DNA of 64,000 nt, taken from contig JAPLGP010000005.1 in NCBI GenBank assembly GCA_026390075.1, positions 25,316-89,315 on the forward strand. The letters run 5' to 3'. The translations under genes were made by a program, and so were the position numbers. Source of the DNA: Campylobacterales bacterium. GTDB taxonomy: Bacteria; Campylobacterota; Campylobacteria; Campylobacterales; Sulfurimonadaceae. Shown here piece by piece: positions 60,451 through 64,000 of this stretch; the stretch's first letter is position 1, and each line of letters opens with the position of its first letter. Under the pieces are notes generated by a model. It made no database searches and was not told the origin of the DNA. It saw only the letters and a list, made by a program, of their open reading frames with translations.

Positions 60451-60696
60451 TCAAGCTGTTTTTATGCCTATCGACAACCACTCAGCAATTGATTGTTTAG
60501 GATATAAAACTCGCCCTCTCTTGCCACTATTCACCTTTTTATACGATGGACCTATTCCATTTCTACGCCATAATTCAAGCGTACTACTACTTACTCCGAT
60601 AGCGTCTGCTGTTTGTTTTTGATTTAATGCTAGTAATTGCTTAAACTTCGGGTTAATATTATTTATCTCTTCTATAATCTGTGTTATACTATTCAT
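60451..60696 (-). CDS. Excisionase/AlpA-like HTH protein
   Basis: QTADAIGVSSSTLELWRRNGIGP..RVLY. Confidence 0.8.
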   Translation of the reverse strand: MNSITQIIEEINNINPKFKQLLALNQKQTADAIGVSSSTLELWRRNGIGPSYKKVNSGKRGRVLYPKQSIAEWLSIGIKTA

Positions 60697-60807
60697 TGCG
60701 TCTCCTGATTGAATACCTTAATATTCAAAAGAATAGTATCATATTTATTAGATGATGCTTAAATTGTATATTATAATATTCTTTTTATTCAAACAAGGAA
60801 TATATTA

Positions 60808-61266
60808 ATGTTAGACCATGAAAAAATTAGAAAAATTAGAAAAACTCTAGGTTATAAATCTAGAGAAAAATTTGCGGAAAAATTAGGCATACCTTTTCCA
60901 ACTTTAAGAGCCTATGAACAAGGAATAATTGAGAATATTCCTCATTCTTTTATTGCTACATTAACCGATAAATTTAATATAAATATGAATTGGCTTATGT
61001 TTGGGGAAGGTGAGATGTTCATTAAAAATGACAATAAAACTAATACTTTTACTAATACAACCGTTGCTGGTAATGGTTCCATATTTGACAACTCAAAACG
61101 CAAAACTATCACAAGTAACCCAGATTATGCAGATACTCACATACCTGTTTATATCATTGATGAACTTAACCTCTTGTTTTCAAGAGCAGTGCAAAAAAAT
61201 AAAATAGATGATGTAAACACAGCGCTTGAAGATTTTATTCATGAACAAAAAAAACTGTTGAGATAA
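60808..61266 (+). CDS. XRE-family repressor
   Basis: REKFAEKLGI..TLRAYEQG, NWLMFGEG. Confidence 0.85.
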   Translation: MLDHEKIRKIRKTLGYKSREKFAEKLGIPFPTLRAYEQGIIENIPHSFIATLTDKFNINMNWLMFGEGEMFIKNDNKTNTFTNTTVAGNGSIFDNSKRKTITSNPDYADTHIPVYIIDELNLLFSRAVQKNKIDDVNTALEDFIHEQKKLLR

Positions 61267-61270
61267 TTAA

Positions 61271-61801
61271 ATGTCCAACACTTTTAATCATACAACCGTC
61301 AATGATGAGGGTTCCATATTCAAAGACTCAATCATCAAAAAAGCAATATTTACAGAGCCTCATTTACCTATTCATTCATTTAAACATTACAATTTTTATG
61401 ACACCTACTTAATGAGTTATTTATCTATTTACATTCTTGTCGGCTTTATAAATCTATTTTATACTATAAATTTTTTTGTTATATTCACTTTAATAGCTTG
61501 CTTATTTTTAATAACTTACCGCATGTTGCAAATAATGGAAATACTTCATGTTTACAACTACAATTTTGCGTGTAACGGTGTAATAATTTCTTTTGCATCG
61601 ATAAAAGATATTAAATATCAAAAGAATTCTTTGCGCTTAAAAATCGAATACGATAAAAAAAAAGATTCTGATCTAAAAATGCCAGATGAGTTGGTTTTTT
61701 ACAAAAAAGATGAATTAAAAATATTTATTGAACAATATAACAAAGCAAAATCTTATATCATAATTTCAGAAACTAAACCATTATCGACTGAAAGTCCATA
61801 G
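61271..61801 (+). CDS. Membrane protein
   Basis: 2 TM helices. Confidence 0.6.
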   Translation: MSNTFNHTTVNDEGSIFKDSIIKKAIFTEPHLPIHSFKHYNFYDTYLMSYLSIYILVGFINLFYTINFFVIFTLIACLFLITYRMLQIMEILHVYNYNFACNGVIISFASIKDIKYQKNSLRLKIEYDKKKDSDLKMPDELVFYKKDELKIFIEQYNKAKSYIIISETKPLSTESP

Positions 61802-62168
61802 GTTGCATAGGTAGGATTTCACCTTCTTCTTCATAGTCAAAAAACATCTCTCCTTTTTTGGCAAATCTAACATAAAAACTAGCACAACTTAAAGGTTCTG
61901 AGCATACTGTAATAGCACTGCTTGATAGATATTTTTCTATCATATCTTTTTCTGATATTGATAAATCTTTTTTTCTCATGTATGTATGAAAACTCTGTTT
62001 CTTGTAAAATACTTCATCATCCTTTATTTCTAACGGCTCGTATGTTTCAACTACTGCAAATAATGACTTATGTTCGTACTCTTCAAACGGTGACAATATG
62101 GCAGATAGTCTATTCTGAAAAAAATCAGAACTAATGCTTATATATTTTGTTGGTGTTGACACTTTCAA
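61773..62168 (-). CDS. Hypothetical protein
   Basis: 131-aa ORF. Confidence 0.5.
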   Translation of the reverse strand: MKVSTPTKYISISSDFFQNRLSAILSPFEEYEHKSLFAVVETYEPLEIKDDEVFYKKQSFHTYMRKKDLSISEKDMIEKYLSSSAITVCSEPLSCASFYVRFAKKGEMFFDYEEEGEILPMQPMDFQSIMV

Positions 62169-62805
62169 CTCCTTTGATTTGTAAAGTTAAAATAACTTTG
62201 CCGACACTCTCAAGAAAAAAACACTTTAGAAGATTGGTGCTTCGTCCCTCAGCTCCAAGTGCTATTACCCTTATAGAGCTAATTGCACCATTGATTTTTT
62301 GTGTAAAAAATCTGACAATCTTTGTATTATTTTTAACTGTTCTAAGTGAGATTTTTGCGTATTTTGCTATGTTGGCGTAGGTTAGTTTGATGCTCTTGCG
62401 AAGTAATGCTTCAACTGTTGCTCTAATGCGTCCAGCTGTTTTTAATCGCTTTATATCTGCTGTTCTTGATGCTGATTTGCTTTGTCTTGCTGCAACTTCT
62501 TTTTTGTACAGGTCGTTTGAGAGGTTTTTTATTTTTTTAAACTGCATTGTACCAACTCTGTTTTGCTTTGCTTTTTTGAAATTATTGGCGTTCTCTTCGC
62601 AAAAGTGCAGAACTGACTTTATAATTGACTTTGGTTTGATTGGTTCATCAAATTTCGCATTGATAAGCTCTGCTCGTTTTTCTAGCTTTTCTTGTAGGTT
62701 CTTATGTTTTGCAATTGTATAACCATAGCGTCTGAGCTCATTAAATAAATCTATATGTCTGCTTCCAGTGCTTTGTATGTTTTCATTCTTAAAATTCCGT
62801 ATATT
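62131..62805 (-). pseudogene. 5'-truncated replication initiator (PriCT-like + HTH)
   Basis: Frame of ORF 62131-62547 stays open upstream: GSRHIDLFNELRRYGY...AELINAKFDEPIKPKSIIKSVLHF, with no ATG until 62547. Confidence 0.6.
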
Positions 62806-63529
62806 TTAATTCAATTGCTTTAACATCAAATGTATCATCATATCCAAGCAGTATCTTTAAATCATGAAGAGCATTTGACACATCAGACCTCGTCATACTC
62901 TTTTTTGTGTATTTTGGATTTGATTTTATACTTTCACCTATGCGTCTGTGATGACAAATGTCATTTCTTGCATTTCTCACAATTGAAAACAAGGCTTTAA
63001 TCTGGTGCTTGTTATTGTATTTTGGCTTACCGTCTTTTGCTGAGATTTTATCTTTTTTGATTGAGGAATCAAAAATATTTCCATATCTTGAACCGCCTAA
63101 AAAAACTAACTCTAAAGTTCCAAAAGAGATACTATTTAAAGCCTTTGAAGGTTTATCAAGTCCTCTAATAGATTGTTTTTGAAAATCACCTAAATCACTC
63201 ATTACTCTGTCTAAATGCCACTGATTACCATAAACTTTTACCATCTTATGATTTATAAGAGTTCTTAAAAATGCTTCAAATTGGCTTATCTGTATATATA
63301 AAAAGTAGTATTGATTTGTTATTTTAATAATCTCTTGTATATATTGACCTATGGTGTCTTCTTCACTATCTTTTACTATTTTTCTATTGTTATTTAGTGC
63401 TTTGGCACTATCTTCAAGTATAAATTTTTCTTTCTGTTTTATAAGCTTTAATGCAATTTTTGTTTCACTTATTGTGTGCGTTGCTATATTATTGTCTAAC
63501 AATATTTGCCTAAAGTGTCTATGATTCAT
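62789..63529 (-). CDS. Abi-like (Abi_2/AbiF-type) HEPN ribonuclease
   Basis: FEAFLRT..YGNQW, ISFGTL, RNDICHHRRI (RxxxxH). Confidence 0.75.
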   Translation of the reverse strand: MNHRHFRQILLDNNIATHTISETKIALKLIKQKEKFILEDSAKALNNNRKIVKDSEEDTIGQYIQEIIKITNQYYFLYIQISQFEAFLRTLINHKMVKVYGNQWHLDRVMSDLGDFQKQSIRGLDKPSKALNSISFGTLELVFLGGSRYGNIFDSSIKKDKISAKDGKPKYNNKHQIKALFSIVRNARNDICHHRRIGESIKSNPKYTKKSMTRSDVSNALHDLKILLGYDDTFDVKAIELKYTEF

Positions 63530-63670
63530 TTAAGGTTACCCAATGTATAATTACGCCACTCCTCAAAGGGTGCCGAATCGTTCAAGATATTTGGCTGCAT
63601 CAACCTCGAGTTGAAATTCTTTGAGATTATCATCGTAAACTCCCTTTTAAAACTAAAATTATATCTTATT

Positions 63671-64000
63671 TCAAAACTCTAATCCATCTACTTCATTTCT
63701 GCCGCTATGGTCTGCTAACTTTGCATATCTCAAAGTCATTTTTATATCTTTATGATTCATGAGCTTTTGAATAGTAAAAATTGGAGTTCCATTAATAGCA
63801 AGGTGTGAGGCGAAAGTATGTCTTAGTGAGTGAAGCACTACTCTATTCTTTCTATCGTCTGATTCAAGCTTTGTATTGAATAGCTTATTCATAATCTCTC
63901 TTAATGGCTTTTGAATAGTTGTTTCACTCACATCAAAGAGTTTTTCCGCATGTTCAATCTCAGCTGTGTAATCTTTTAAAAGTTCAATTACATCGTCTTT
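63671..64000 (-). CDS. Tyrosine integrase, C-terminal part (5' outside window)
   Basis: HSLRHTFASHL, MNHKDIKMTLRY; frame open to the window edge. Confidence 0.92.
   Translation of the reverse strand, partial: KDDVIELLKDYTAEIEHAEKLFDVSETTIQKPLREIMNKLFNTKLESDDRKNRVVLHSLRHTFASHLAINGTPIFTIQKLMNHKDIKMTLRYAKLADHSGRNEVDGLEF

Larger units (their letters stand above)
25120..64000. mobile_element. tRNA-adjacent accessory island, probably composite; right end outside window
   Basis: Starts after tRNA-Met; no housekeeping genes; defence-like cargo; integrases at 57.3 and 63.7 kb; GGCATGTGG depleted. Confidence 0.7.

Overview
Campylobacterota chromosome, probably Sulfurimonas-like (inferred from gene content and order, not database-checked). 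About 1-25.1 kb is mostly core: ileS, gatA, dnaE, Pit, nspC with carboxyspermidine dehydrogenase, dgkA, a Fur-boxed porin/FMN-binding/ApbE/TonB cluster, ribB and tRNA-fMet/Gln/fMet. From the last tRNA to the window end is an accessory island with defence-like cargo and a tyrosine integrase cut by the edge. Main signals: (1) the 9-mer GGCATGTGG occurs 26 times by manual count (about 0.1 expected), in coding regions and as inverted terminator-like pairs, and is depleted in the island, like a DNA uptake sequence. (2) A YbjN / ClpB-FtsH hybrid protease / paired DUF4062-STAND-TPR locus whose three large proteins appear to share a Clp-N-like domain; one STAND has a Walker A K-to-E change, and palindromes there match one beside the WYL gene. 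(3) A hipBA-(RCK/RyR)x2 operon. (4) An Abi-like HEPN gene with a structured upstream segment, next to a 5'-truncated rep. (5) Six copies of a ~108-bp palindromic repeat. All domain calls are motif recognition by eye.
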